From Armatimonadota bacterium (GTDB lineage: Bacteria > Armatimonadota > HRBIN16): a DNA stretch of 64,000 bases. The notes beneath the pieces are model-generated. The model ran no database searches and was not told where the DNA came from. It saw nothing but the letters and a program-made list of their open reading frames with translations. Positions 28,723 through 39,596 of the stretch are shown here, one piece after another. Within the stretch, counting starts at the first letter, position 1; each line of letters opens with the position of its first letter. The stretch is taken from NCBI GenBank assembly GCA_963677485.1, contig OY781964.1, forward strand, positions 4,768,001 to 4,832,000, given 5' to 3'. The translations under genes and the position numbers were made by a program.

Positions 28723-30006
28723 TTGACAAGAACACCAACGGGTCACAACCCATTTTCGGTCAGCATTCTAGTGGCATATGGGCTAGAGTCACAGATTGAT
28801 CTGTCTGCCTGCCTTTCCGCCATCAAAGCGGGCCAAAGCGTGAGCTATATAGCATCACCTTCTGAACTGCCTGTCATATGTAAAGCGATTGACCAATGCC
28901 ACCATGTCATGCCATATGTCAACATCACCTGGGCCAATTTCACCCAGATGACCGCACACCACCAAGATGCATTGATCATCCCATTGTGCAGTCTGTCTCA
29001 TATGCCGTCCGTCCCTCAGGGCGAAATGAGCATCTACTACGCCTTTGGAACTCACACAGGCAGGATCATTGGCCGTCAACTGCGCCAAATGGGTTACCCT
29101 GGCAGCCACATCATCGAGTTTGACGACGGAACATGCCTGACGGTCGACCACTTAGCTGATGGTAAGCTGACCACTAAGTGGCCTGTTTGGGTGACGGTAC
29201 CCGCGCTGCACATCACACAACGTTCTGATGTACAAGGCCTGCTGGATATCGTCGCCAAACTACGATCACCGGACGGCTGCCCATGGGACAGAGAACAAGA
29301 TCATCTCACCCTTCGCCCCTGCATGACTGAAGAAGCTGTGGAAGTGATCGACGCCATCAACGAAGGCAGCCATGAATCGCTTGTGGAAGAGCTGGGTGAC
29401 GTATTACTTCAAGTGGTGATGCACGCTCAACTCCTATCGGAAACAACCGAATACGACATCAATGATGTGGTCAGGACTATTTGCGAGAAACTGGTACGTC
29501 GGCATCCGCATGTATTCGGTAGTTTAGAATTAGTTGATTCCCAAGCTGTTCTTATCAACTGGGATGCGATAAAATCTAAAGAGAAAGCGGATAATGAAAC
29601 TAATGGCTCTATTCTGAAAAAGAGCAAGATGTCATTGCCTGCCCTCGCCTACGCACAGGACGTATCGAAGCGAGTCGCCCGTGAAGGGTTTGAGTGGCAG
29701 GAGTTTCAAGGCGTACTTGACAAACTTGAGGAAGAGATACAAGAGCTTTTAGATGCCAAACGGCGCAACGTGACGGACGACATTGAAAATGAAGTCGGCG
29801 ATGTGCTGTTTACTGTCGTGAATCTGGCACGTCATCTGGGCGTAGATTCTGAACAAGCACTACGCAAGATGGTGGGCCGATTTAGGAAGCGGTTCGAGGC
29901 CATGGAAATAATGGCCCGAAACGACCAAAGGGAGCTGCGTTCCCTAAACGCAGAAGAGTGGGACGCATTATGGCGGTCTGCCAAAATGTGCTTAGAATCC
30001 ACTTAA
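28723..30006 (+). CDS. mazG: MazG-family nucleoside triphosphate pyrophosphohydrolase with N-terminal extension (YabN-like)
   Basis: LRSPDGCPWDREQ, EELGDVLLQV, RRHPHVFG, EVGDVLF; start uncertain. Confidence 0.88.
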   Translation: MTRTPTGHNPFSVSILVAYGLESQIDLSACLSAIKAGQSVSYIASPSELPVICKAIDQCHHVMPYVNITWANFTQMTAHHQDALIIPLCSLSHMPSVPQGEMSIYYAFGTHTGRIIGRQLRQMGYPGSHIIEFDDGTCLTVDHLADGKLTTKWPVWVTVPALHITQRSDVQGLLDIVAKLRSPDGCPWDREQDHLTLRPCMTEEAVEVIDAINEGSHESLVEELGDVLLQVVMHAQLLSETTEYDINDVVRTICEKLVRRHPHVFGSLELVDSQAVLINWDAIKSKEKADNETNGSILKKSKMSLPALAYAQDVSKRVAREGFEWQEFQGVLDKLEEEIQELLDAKRRNVTDDIENEVGDVLFTVVNLARHLGVDSEQALRKMVGRFRKRFEAMEIMARNDQRELRSLNAEEWDALWRSAKMCLEST

Positions 30007-30086
30007 CGCTGGCGCAGCGTAAAACGCATATGCATTATCTGAACCAAACCAAAGCAAGACTAAACTAAGAAACTAAGGTGAGAAAC

Positions 30087-32744
30087 ATGCCGTCAACAAA
30101 ACGCGTTTACCTATTTGCCGAAGGCAAAAAAGAGTGGCGCGACCTCCTGGGTGGCAAGGGTGCTAACCTGGCCGAAATGACCAATATCGGCCTGCCCGTG
30201 CCTCCAGGCTTTACCATCACAACCGAAGCATGCAACGAATACTATGACAACGGCGTACAGATTCCCGAAGGGCTATGGGAAGAAGTCGACGTAGCCATGG
30301 CTCGCATCGAAGAGCAGGCTGGCAAGAAGTTTGGTGACCCCACCAACCCACTGCTCGTTTCGGTCCGTTCAGGTGCCAAGTTCTCCATGCCTGGCATGAT
30401 GGACACAGTTCTTAACCTCGGCCTTAACGAAGTCACCCTGAAGGGTGTGATCGCTCTGACCGGTAACAAGCGATTTGGTTATGACTCCTATCGCCGCTTC
30501 CTCATGATGTTCTCCGACATCGTGCTTTCTGGTGACTACCCTGCACTGAAGAAAGACAAGTTCGAAGAAATCTTCGACGAACTGAAGGAAAAGATCGGTG
30601 CCGAGCAGGATACCGATGTAGACGCCGATCAGCTTGCTGAACTCTGCGAAGACTACAAAAAGTATTACAAGAGCATCATGGGAACCGACTTCCCAACCGA
30701 TCCCCGTGAGCAGCTGCACCTGGCCACCGAAGCTGTTTTCAAAAGCTGGAACAATGAGCGAGCCTTCATCTATCGCAACCGCGAAAAGATTGACCATAAA
30801 CTCGGCACCGCTGTCAACATCCAGACCATGGTCTTCGGAAACATGGGTAACGACTGCGGCACCGGCGTGGCCTTCACCCGTGACGCAGCTACCGGCGAGA
30901 ACAAAATCTACGGCGAGTTCCTGATGAACGCCCAGGGCGAAGATGTTGTGGCTGGTGTTCGCACCCCAGAGCCAGTAGCCCAGCTTGAGCAAGAAAATCC
31001 TGCCATCTACAAAGAGTTCGTCACCTGGGCCAAAACCCTTGAGAACCACTACAAAGATATGCAGGACATCGAGTTCACGATCGAGAAGAGCAAACTCTAC
31101 ATTCTGCAGTGCCGTTCTGGCAAGCGCACCGGCGCCGCGGCTGTCCGCATCGCTGTTGAGCAGGCTAATGAAGGGCTCATCACCAAAGAAGAAGCTGTAC
31201 TGCGCGTAACCTGCGAGCAGCTTGAGCAACTGCTGCACCCGCACCTCGTCAATACCAAGAAGCTGACCCCAATCGCTAAAGGTATGAACGCTGGTCCTGG
31301 TGGAGCTGTCGGCAAGATTGCCCTCGACTCCGAAACCGCCATCAAAATGGCTAGCGAAGGCGAGAACGTGATCCTCGTCCGCCAGATCACCAACCCTGAC
31401 GACCTCGGCGGTATGTTGGCTGCCAAGGGAGTTCTGACCCAGTTGGGTGGCAAGACTTCCCACGCTGCACTCGTTGCTCGCCAGTATGGTATCCCCACAG
31501 TGTGCGGATGCGGTACCCTGCGAATTGACGATAGCAACCGGTCGGTCACCCTGGGTGGAGCGACCTACAAAGAAGGCGATGAGATCTCCATCGATGGTAC
31601 GATTGGTCTAGTTTACGGTGAGGCTCTGGCTACCGAGCCCGCAACCGTGACCGGTTACTTCGGAACCCTGATGGAATGGGCAGACGGCTTCCGTAAGCTG
31701 GGTGTCCGCGCTAATGCCGACTCACCTGAGCATGCTCAGATGGCAATCGAGTATGGCGCAGAAGGTATCGGCCTTTGCCGCACAGAACACATGTTCATGG
31801 ACGACCGCGTGCCAGCTGTCCGTGCCATGATCCTTGCTGAGACCGAAGCCATCCGCGATGCCGCTCTGAACCAGTTGCTGCCTCTTCAGCGCAACGACTT
31901 CGTTGGCATGTTCCAGGTAATGAAGGGTCTACCCATGACCGTTCGCCTGATCGACCCACCGCTTCACGAATTCCTGCCCAAGGCCGCCGATGTGCGTGCT
32001 GACATGCGCAAAATGATGGACGAGAACGCTTCAGGCGAAGCTCTAGCCGCAATGGCTACCATGCTCCGCAAGGTAGAAGACCTGCACGAAGAGAACCCAA
32101 TGCTTGGTCTGCGCGGCGTGCGCCTTTCCATCTACTTCCCAGGCATCGTGAAGATGCAGGTTGCCGCCATCATCGGAGCCGCTTGCCAGGTGAAGAAGCA
32201 GGGAATCGACGTACATCCTGAAATCATGATCCCGTTGGTCGCCACCGTCACCGAGCTGAGCTACATCAAGAAGCAGCTTGTGGAAGTGGCTGAAGCAACC
32301 ATGAAGGCCGAAGGCATCACGGTTGACTACAAGTTCGGCACCATGATTGAGATTCCTCGAGCTGCCCTGACCGCTGACGAGATCGCTGTAGAGGCTGAGT
32401 TCTTCAGCTTCGGCACCAACGACCTCACTCAGATGGCCTATGGCTTGAGCCGTGATGACGCCGGCAAGTTCCTACCGCTCTACATCGAGCAGAAAATCCT
32501 CAAGAACGACCCCACCGAATCCATCGACACCAAGGGTGTGGGCCGCTTGATGAAAATCTGTGTAGATGATGCTAAGGCCGTGAACCCCAAGATCAAACTG
32601 GGTATCTGCGGCGAGCATGGTGGTGATCCCGCATCGGTGATGTTCTGTCACTCGATCGGCCTCACCTACGTGAGCTGCTCACCCAAGCGCCTGCCCGTGG
32701 CACGTTTGGCTGCTGCTCAGGCCGCTCTTAGCGACAAAAAGTAA
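30087..32744 (+). CDS. ppdK: Pyruvate, phosphate dikinase
   Basis: LLGGKGANLAEM, SVRSGA..SMPGMMDT, GGKTSHAA, GLCRTEHM, SFGTNDLTQ, CGEHGG. Confidence 0.98.
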   Translation: MPSTKRVYLFAEGKKEWRDLLGGKGANLAEMTNIGLPVPPGFTITTEACNEYYDNGVQIPEGLWEEVDVAMARIEEQAGKKFGDPTNPLLVSVRSGAKFSMPGMMDTVLNLGLNEVTLKGVIALTGNKRFGYDSYRRFLMMFSDIVLSGDYPALKKDKFEEIFDELKEKIGAEQDTDVDADQLAELCEDYKKYYKSIMGTDFPTDPREQLHLATEAVFKSWNNERAFIYRNREKIDHKLGTAVNIQTMVFGNMGNDCGTGVAFTRDAATGENKIYGEFLMNAQGEDVVAGVRTPEPVAQLEQENPAIYKEFVTWAKTLENHYKDMQDIEFTIEKSKLYILQCRSGKRTGAAAVRIAVEQANEGLITKEEAVLRVTCEQLEQLLHPHLVNTKKLTPIAKGMNAGPGGAVGKIALDSETAIKMASEGENVILVRQITNPDDLGGMLAAKGVLTQLGGKTSHAALVARQYGIPTVCGCGTLRIDDSNRSVTLGGATYKEGDEISIDGTIGLVYGEALATEPATVTGYFGTLMEWADGFRKLGVRANADSPEHAQMAIEYGAEGIGLCRTEHMFMDDRVPAVRAMILAETEAIRDAALNQLLPLQRNDFVGMFQVMKGLPMTVRLIDPPLHEFLPKAADVRADMRKMMDENASGEALAAMATMLRKVEDLHEENPMLGLRGVRLSIYFPGIVKMQVAAIIGAACQVKKQGIDVHPEIMIPLVATVTELSYIKKQLVEVAEATMKAEGITVDYKFGTMIEIPRAALTADEIAVEAEFFSFGTNDLTQMAYGLSRDDAGKFLPLYIEQKILKNDPTESIDTKGVGRLMKICVDDAKAVNPKIKLGICGEHGGDPASVMFCHSIGLTYVSCSPKRLPVARLAAAQAALSDKK

Positions 32745-32779
32745 GGGTGCCGGGTAACCCCGGTTGTCCCCTATCGCGC

Positions 32780-32811
32780 CCCTCGCCTCCTTCAAGGAGG
32801 CGAGGGTTTTT
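32780..32811 (+). terminator. Rho-independent terminator after ppdK
   Basis: ccctcgcctcc-ttcaa-ggaggcgaggg then TTTTT. Confidence 0.88.
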
Positions 32812-32895
32812 GCATGTTGGGGTGTTGCTGCCAGAAGGTAATCGTAACTATGGTGTAGAACCTAACAATAGTTACTACTATTTTCGTGGGATGAC

Positions 32896-35823
32896 ATGCA
32901 CCACAAGTTGATCGCAATCATTGCAATCGCGCTCTTATCATCATCTAGTTTCGCTGCACCAATGCTGTCGAACGGCGGATTTGAGGAATCATCTCCCAGT
33001 GCTGCCCTAACCGGCTGGAACTGGTCGACATCAGCAGATAACACCTGCGAGGTCAGCACCTACCAGCCCCACTCCGGAAAGCAGTGTCTCAAGCTGACCA
33101 GCCGCTCCTTCATCACCCCGTTCAAATATGGACGCTTAGTTCAAAATGTGCCAGTGATCCCCTCTTCCGAATATGAACTGAGCTTCTGGGTAGCGGGCGA
33201 TACGGTTGGCTCCGGCAATCACCTGACCGACTGGGGTACCTACATCGTGAATGTGCCCGACAGCAGCTATGCGTGGCGTCGAGTCAGCATCCGATTCTCG
33301 ACAAAGACTAATCAAACCTTAGTCCCAATTGGACTGAACCTGGTCAACACCGCTAAGGCACTCTATATTGATGACATTAAACTAGTGGCTGTTGGTACGG
33401 CTGTGGTGGCCGATGGGGTGAGGACGAATATCACCGCTCCCGCTGACTACCTGGCCAACGGCGCGCCACTGTCTGGAGCGATCAGTTACGAAGCATCTTC
33501 AGGCAAGTCATTCAATGTCCATCTGGAAGTCACGGGTCGTGCGGGTAAAGTCTACGATACTCAGGTCAGCGTCATCAGCGGTGACGGCACACTGCCCATC
33601 TCGCTGAAGGTACCTAACGATACCTCTTCCACACTCTTGCTAAAATACAGCTTGTCCACCTCTGACGGTGTCCGAAAACAGAGCATCACCAAGCAGATTC
33701 GCGTGCTGAGCGCGGCTAGCATCCTGACGCAGCTCACAGCTCTATCGAAGGAGGCAACCCGCCTGAAGCGGCTCCTGGCCGTGTGCCAGGCAAAAAAGTT
33801 GCGATGTGACTACCCATTGGCCACAAGCACTATGCTGAGCCAGTTCATGCCGTTTGTGAAGGCAGATGTGAAGGCTGGTGAATTCGTTAGGGCACAGCAG
33901 AATGTTACCGATATGCGCCAGTGTGCTGCTAAAGCCATCAAGGAATTGACAGATGCACAAGCCCACCCATCATTGGCGCCGGTCGTTATGAGATATCAGT
34001 CCAGCCCCATATCGATCAAGAACGGTGCTTTTGAAGCGACTAGGGTAGATTCTTTAGGCAAAGTATCGAAAGGACCAGTTTTCTTCAACGGCTACGGTCA
34101 CTTCGCTCAGCTTCGAAGAGACCTCGATAAGTTTCCTAAATACGGCATCAACATCATCCAAGTTGAGATCGGCCCCAATGCGGTACTGACCGGGGAGAAC
34201 AAAATCTCATATGAGAATATCAAGGAGCTGCAGGGGCTGCTTGACCGCGCCGCCGCCCGTAACATCGCGGTCAATGTGCTGATCTCACCCCACTACTTCC
34301 CAGACTGGGCGATCAAGAAGTGGCCTCACCTGACGCTGGGAAGAGGTGGGTTCCTTGGTTATACGCCCGATGAGCCTGAAGCAAAGCAGGTTCAAGCACA
34401 GTTTCTTAAAATACTCATTCCTTCTATCGCCAACAAACCAGCGCTGCATAGTATCTGTCTGAGCAACGAGCCTGTGCTTGACAATGTGATGCAAGCTCGC
34501 AATACGCCGGAGTTGTGGCACGCTTACCTTCAGCGCAAGTACGGCACAGTGTCAGCTTACAACAGCGTCGCGAAGGGAACCTACACCAGTTTCGATTCCG
34601 TTCCTTTGCCCGATATGTCGGATCGGCAGAGCCAGGGATACGCCGAATACTGCTTGTTCAATCAACAGCGATTTGCGGCCTGGCATCAGTTCCTGGCGGA
34701 TGAGATCCACAAGATCGCACCGAAAATCCCTGTCCACGCCAAACTGATGATCTGGACTTTCCAGCAGCGTGAAACAGCCCCATGGGGTTCAGACCCGGAG
34801 CTGTTCAGCCGGTTTTCCGACATCAACGGCAATGACTGTATCTTTTGGCAGGACACAGATGACCAGTGGATCAGCCAATGGATGGGGCAGACCATAGGTT
34901 ACGACCTTCAGCGTGCCTTCAAGCCTGTGCCAGTATTCAACAGCGAAAATCACATCACCGTCGACCGTTCGACCAACTATGTTAGTCCGATCCACTACCG
35001 CTCTGTGCTTTGGCAAGGTGCTATTCATGGCCAGGGTGCCACCACAATATGGGTATGGGAGCGCGGGCAGGACAAGAAGAGCGACTTCTATGGTAATGTG
35101 ATGGATCGTCCTGGGTGTGTGGACTCCACCAGCCGCACCGCCCTTGACCTGATGCGTTGCGCTGATCAAGTGGCTGCCCTCCAGCGTGAACCCGCGAAAG
35201 TGGCGATCGTCTACTCCGTCGCGAGTGCCATCAACAGTCCTGATCATATCAACAGCCTGACCGCCATCTACCAGTCGCTGCTTTTCAGTGGGTTGCGGGT
35301 CAGTTTTATCAGTGACCGCCAGCTAAGCGAAGGCCAGGGCAAGCAGTACAAGATGATCATCCTACCCAATACCACGCGGTTGCCTATTAAAGCCATGGAG
35401 ACTCTCGAAAACTTGGTCACCACCACCCAACTAGTGGTTCTCGGTGACAAGCCGGTCCACGACCAACTAGGAAATCCGCTTCCTGCCACTCTGGTTGGTA
35501 CCTCATGGATGCACATCGACAACGGACAGACACCTCAACAGATCCGAGACACTCTTCGACCCATACTGTCTGGTTTGAAGGTTTTGCCGACCATTCAACC
35601 GATGGACACCGTCGGCAAGCATGCTGTTTGGGGTGTTGAGTGGCTCACGACAAAGTCGGGCGGAAAGAGATACGTAAACATCGTTAACTGGACTCCAAAA
35701 CCTGTCAAGCTAAATATGAGGCAAGACGGTAAAGCGGTCAAACTACGTGTGATAGCACCATTGGGTGCCAGCACCACCGAACTCACCCCAGGACAACCCA
35801 TCCTGGCAGAGATACTACCATGA
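32896..35823 (+). CDS. Secreted clan GH-A glycoside hydrolase (GH42-like) with N-terminal CBM4/9-like domain
   Basis: Signal peptide; NGGFEE...IDDIKL; acid/base LSNEP and nucleophile NSENH; trimerisation-like AKVAIVYS. Confidence 0.7.
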   Translation: MHHKLIAIIAIALLSSSSFAAPMLSNGGFEESSPSAALTGWNWSTSADNTCEVSTYQPHSGKQCLKLTSRSFITPFKYGRLVQNVPVIPSSEYELSFWVAGDTVGSGNHLTDWGTYIVNVPDSSYAWRRVSIRFSTKTNQTLVPIGLNLVNTAKALYIDDIKLVAVGTAVVADGVRTNITAPADYLANGAPLSGAISYEASSGKSFNVHLEVTGRAGKVYDTQVSVISGDGTLPISLKVPNDTSSTLLLKYSLSTSDGVRKQSITKQIRVLSAASILTQLTALSKEATRLKRLLAVCQAKKLRCDYPLATSTMLSQFMPFVKADVKAGEFVRAQQNVTDMRQCAAKAIKELTDAQAHPSLAPVVMRYQSSPISIKNGAFEATRVDSLGKVSKGPVFFNGYGHFAQLRRDLDKFPKYGINIIQVEIGPNAVLTGENKISYENIKELQGLLDRAAARNIAVNVLISPHYFPDWAIKKWPHLTLGRGGFLGYTPDEPEAKQVQAQFLKILIPSIANKPALHSICLSNEPVLDNVMQARNTPELWHAYLQRKYGTVSAYNSVAKGTYTSFDSVPLPDMSDRQSQGYAEYCLFNQQRFAAWHQFLADEIHKIAPKIPVHAKLMIWTFQQRETAPWGSDPELFSRFSDINGNDCIFWQDTDDQWISQWMGQTIGYDLQRAFKPVPVFNSENHITVDRSTNYVSPIHYRSVLWQGAIHGQGATTIWVWERGQDKKSDFYGNVMDRPGCVDSTSRTALDLMRCADQVAALQREPAKVAIVYSVASAINSPDHINSLTAIYQSLLFSGLRVSFISDRQLSEGQGKQYKMIILPNTTRLPIKAMETLENLVTTTQLVVLGDKPVHDQLGNPLPATLVGTSWMHIDNGQTPQQIRDTLRPILSGLKVLPTIQPMDTVGKHAVWGVEWLTTKSGGKRYVNIVNWTPKPVKLNMRQDGKAVKLRVIAPLGASTTELTPGQPILAEILP

Positions 35824-35863
35824 TTTCGGGGTATCGTCACACTTTAACTGGAGAACAGAATCA

Positions 35864-37528
35864 ATGAAACAAATGAAGACGGTGTTAGTGATATCCCTCA
35901 TACTATCAGCATTTGCCATTCCGGTATTACCGGCCCATGCCGCATTCCGGCCTGACGCCAACAAAAAGAAGTTCATCGCCAGCGGCTGGCACATACCTGC
36001 CGCAAGCTACATCCGAGAGCATGTCGCTGATATGGAGAAGCTGCCGTTTGATGGACTTATCATCGGCACATTCTATCCATACTGGCAGAACATGCGTGAC
36101 CAGCATGAAGAGCTCGCCAAGTTCGTAGCCGATATGAAGGCCACTCACTTTGTGAAGTTCACTGACAACTTCATCGGTGTGGAGTCAGGGAATGATGGCG
36201 CATTTGACTGGTTCGATGACGCCCGCTGTCGGCAGCTTGTTGACAACTGGCGCACCCTGGCTAGAGCTGCGAAACAGGCGGGCATGAAAGGATTGAAGAT
36301 CGATCCCGAGTGTTATGAAGGGCCCTCACTGTATAACTATGAGACTTTGATGCACCGGTCTACAAAAACGCCGGAGGAGTATTCGGCGAAGGTGGAAAAA
36401 GTGGCGTCACAGATCATGGTGGCGATCAATGAAGAGTATCCTGACATCACATTGATGTATTACTTCGGACCATCTGTGGTGGGCTACCCGCGCAACCTAA
36501 AAGGCTGGTGCGGCATGATGCCTGCCTTTGTGGACGGCATGATCAAACATGCTAAGAAAGGCTTCAAGATCATCGATGGGTTTGAGCAGGCCTACGGGTA
36601 TCGCACCGAAAAACAATATGCTGAGGCGCGTCAGAAGATGGTTGACACTGCGAAACACAGTGCTTATCTATCAGCCTATCGGAAACATGTGCAGGTGGGA
36701 TTCTCCTATTGGCCAGATCAGATGGCAGGCAATCCGACCATAGGCCGCAAATCATTCGACGCCAAAGAGATATCCAACAACTACTATCTGCCCGATGAAG
36801 TCGCGTATGCAGCGAACAACTCACTGCGATATGCCGATGAGTATGTATGGATGTGGGCTGAATCGTTGGACGTATGGAACAACGCCATGATGATCTATGA
36901 TCAAAAAGGTGCGATGCATTACGAACCAGTACCCGCCGCATACATCGATGCCTTGCGTCGGGCCAGAACGGGGATAGTGCCCAAACCACCCAAGCGTCCC
37001 TTTACTGGAGCGGTGACCGTCACAGTGAAGGATCTGGGCGAAACGGATGATGCCGTGGTATTTGGAGACCTCTGGGGCAAATACTCTGAAATAGCCGATC
37101 TCCCGCTGACATGGAAATTCATGCCTGATGAAGACAACAAGGGCCAAAAGGCTGGATTCTTCCGAGCGGACTACGATGACACTCAATGGAAAGATATCCG
37201 GATCGGCGACATATGGGATCAGCAGGGTCATCCGGAGCTCATAGGGTATGGCTGGTACCGTGTGCATTACACAGCTCCTGTACTCAACACCAAATCCACA
37301 CTATATCTGGCGTTTGGAGCCATTGATGAGAGTGCCTGGGTGTATGTGAATGGCAAACTGGCCGGCGTTCATGACATCGACCCAGATGCCGGCTTTAAGG
37401 AGCGGTTCCTGATCAATGTCTCGAAATTCATGAAGCCTGGTCAGGTCAACACAATAGCGGTCAAGGTCAAAAACACCACAGGTGCCGGCGGCATCTGGCG
37501 TAGTGTGAAGTTGATCACCACAAAATAG
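35864..37528 (+). CDS. Secreted putative glycoside hydrolase with C-terminal GH2-type sugar-binding jelly-roll
   Basis: Signal peptide; C-terminal GYGWYR, FGAIDESAWVYVNG, GGIWRSV; N-terminal domain unassigned. Confidence 0.65.
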   Translation: MKQMKTVLVISLILSAFAIPVLPAHAAFRPDANKKKFIASGWHIPAASYIREHVADMEKLPFDGLIIGTFYPYWQNMRDQHEELAKFVADMKATHFVKFTDNFIGVESGNDGAFDWFDDARCRQLVDNWRTLARAAKQAGMKGLKIDPECYEGPSLYNYETLMHRSTKTPEEYSAKVEKVASQIMVAINEEYPDITLMYYFGPSVVGYPRNLKGWCGMMPAFVDGMIKHAKKGFKIIDGFEQAYGYRTEKQYAEARQKMVDTAKHSAYLSAYRKHVQVGFSYWPDQMAGNPTIGRKSFDAKEISNNYYLPDEVAYAANNSLRYADEYVWMWAESLDVWNNAMMIYDQKGAMHYEPVPAAYIDALRRARTGIVPKPPKRPFTGAVTVTVKDLGETDDAVVFGDLWGKYSEIADLPLTWKFMPDEDNKGQKAGFFRADYDDTQWKDIRIGDIWDQQGHPELIGYGWYRVHYTAPVLNTKSTLYLAFGAIDESAWVYVNGKLAGVHDIDPDAGFKERFLINVSKFMKPGQVNTIAVKVKNTTGAGGIWRSVKLITTK

Positions 37529-37560
37529 GGTCTGCTCACGTTAATAAGTCGGAGGACAGT

Positions 37561-39564
37561 ATGAAAAAACTGATATCTATATTTGCTTTAGTTACAGCTA
37601 TATGCAGCATTTCGAGTGCCGATACCTACACATATAGCCAACTCATCGATCGGTTGACTAACCTGGAAACACTGGCTACACTTCCGCAGGATGGTGAGAA
37701 ATGCGCTCAGTGGAGCAGTTGGGACCGGGACAGTAAGTATGATGCCACCACAGGTAAATATGTAGCCTGGGATGCGAATGGTGACAACGCTGGCATCATT
37801 CGAACTGAAGGCGATCTGCTGGTTCTCGGGGAGATCACGGGCCCGGGAGTGATCTGGCGGACATGGTCAGCAGCACCGACAGACGGCCGTGTGATGATCT
37901 ACCTTGATGGCTCCAGTACGCCTGCCATCGACATGCCGTTCAAAGACTATTTCAATTCCGGGCGTCTGCCTTTCAACTACCCGGGGCTTGTTCATGAGGT
38001 GTCTCAGGGATGGAACAACTACATTCCAATCCCATTCGCTAAGTCCTGCAAGATCGTGGCTGAGAAGAACTGGGGCAACTACTACCACTTTACTTACACC
38101 AGCTATCCAGCAGGCACTGTGCTGCCGACCTTCAGTATGGACTTACTGCGTCAAAATAGAACGCAGCTCAAACAGGCTGACCTTGCGCTCAGAGCCAATC
38201 GGGGTGATGATCCTGCCGGTGTGCGGCCGGGATCCGTCACGAAGAACCTGAACATCAACCTGCCATCGAAGAAGAGTGTCACTGCCTTACGGCTCACTGG
38301 CCCACAGGCCATCACAGCCATCAAAATGGGAACACAGCTTACGGCGCAGCAGCTCCGGCAAGTCGTCATGCGCATCAAGTGGGATGGTGAAGCCTCCCCC
38401 AGCGTCTGGTGCCCCATTGGCGACTTCTTCGGCAGTGCGCCGGGGGTTAACACATACCGGTCGTTACCGCTGGGTGTCACAGATGACGAGATGTATTGTT
38501 ACTGGTACATGCCTTTCGACAAGAGCGCGGTCATCGAGTTCTCCAATGACGGTAAAGGCGCGGTTCCGCTGTCACTTAGTTTCACCACGGCTCCACTTCG
38601 ACAGGGTGCGCAGAATCTGGCCAGGTTCCACGCTAAATGGCACCGCGACGCCTTTCTGCCATCAGAACCCGAACGGCAGATCGACTGGCCAATCTTGAAG
38701 ACCACTGGCTCAGGCCGATTTGTAGGAGTGGCTTTGAATATCTACAACCCTGGCGGGGGCTGGTGGGGTGAAGGCGACGAGAAATTCTGGGTCGACGGCG
38801 AGAAGTTTCCTTCCACTATCGGCACCGGCTCAGAGGACTATTTCGGGTATGCCTGGTGCAATCCCGCACTGTTCCAGCATGCCTATCACAACCAGACCCT
38901 CAATCAAAACTCCAATGCCGGTAATGTTTCGGTCAATCGCTGGCAGATCACAGACAATGTGCCCTTCCTGACGCAGTTTGAAGCGGACATCGAAAAGTAT
39001 TTTCCGAACAGCAACCCCACGCTCTATTCGAGTGTCGCTTACTGGTATCTATCGCCAAAAGGCGTTGATCCGTATGGGCCTACTTCGCTTGCTGATCGCA
39101 CTGGATATTACAAGTATGAGCCATATAAGGCACCCTGGGCAATTGAGGCCGAATCCATGCGTGTTGTGTCCGTCTCTGGAGGACAAACATCAGCACAGGC
39201 AATGGGTACTTTTGCAGGCAAATGGAGCAACGGTACCCAACTGTGGTGGACCGGAGCGAAGCCATCTGACAGCCTGGTGTTAGAGTTCAACGTAGCTCAG
39301 ACAGGGACATACCAGCTTGGCATCCAACTGGCAAAAGCGGTCGACTACGGCATAGTGGAGCTCTCACTGGACGGTAAGCCGCTTGGAGCTCCCATCGACC
39401 TTTATCACGAAGGAGTTATAGCCACTGGCCTGATCCCAATGGGTTCTCACAGGCTTGATAAGGGGAAACACCAGCTCACAGCGCGTATCGCAGGAGCGTC
39501 TGAAAAGGCCGTCAAAGGCTACATGGTTGGGCTGGACTACATCAGCTTGAAGCCAGTCAAATAA
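37561..39564 (+). CDS. DUF2961 / GH172-family protein
   Basis: GPGVI.RTW, P.GDFFG, YMPF, WWGEGDEKFWVDGE, GTGSEDYFG. Confidence 0.85.
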   Translation: MKKLISIFALVTAICSISSADTYTYSQLIDRLTNLETLATLPQDGEKCAQWSSWDRDSKYDATTGKYVAWDANGDNAGIIRTEGDLLVLGEITGPGVIWRTWSAAPTDGRVMIYLDGSSTPAIDMPFKDYFNSGRLPFNYPGLVHEVSQGWNNYIPIPFAKSCKIVAEKNWGNYYHFTYTSYPAGTVLPTFSMDLLRQNRTQLKQADLALRANRGDDPAGVRPGSVTKNLNINLPSKKSVTALRLTGPQAITAIKMGTQLTAQQLRQVVMRIKWDGEASPSVWCPIGDFFGSAPGVNTYRSLPLGVTDDEMYCYWYMPFDKSAVIEFSNDGKGAVPLSLSFTTAPLRQGAQNLARFHAKWHRDAFLPSEPERQIDWPILKTTGSGRFVGVALNIYNPGGGWWGEGDEKFWVDGEKFPSTIGTGSEDYFGYAWCNPALFQHAYHNQTLNQNSNAGNVSVNRWQITDNVPFLTQFEADIEKYFPNSNPTLYSSVAYWYLSPKGVDPYGPTSLADRTGYYKYEPYKAPWAIEAESMRVVSVSGGQTSAQAMGTFAGKWSNGTQLWWTGAKPSDSLVLEFNVAQTGTYQLGIQLAKAVDYGIVELSLDGKPLGAPIDLYHEGVIATGLIPMGSHRLDKGKHQLTARIAGASEKAVKGYMVGLDYISLKPVK

Positions 39565-39596
39565 ATCGCAGTTAAAGTTAGGTAAGGCAAGGAATC

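Noticed and set aside
30369-31463. 364-aa antisense ORF inside ppdK
   Set aside because: Shadow ORF expected from the strong codon bias of ppdK; no recognisable motifs.
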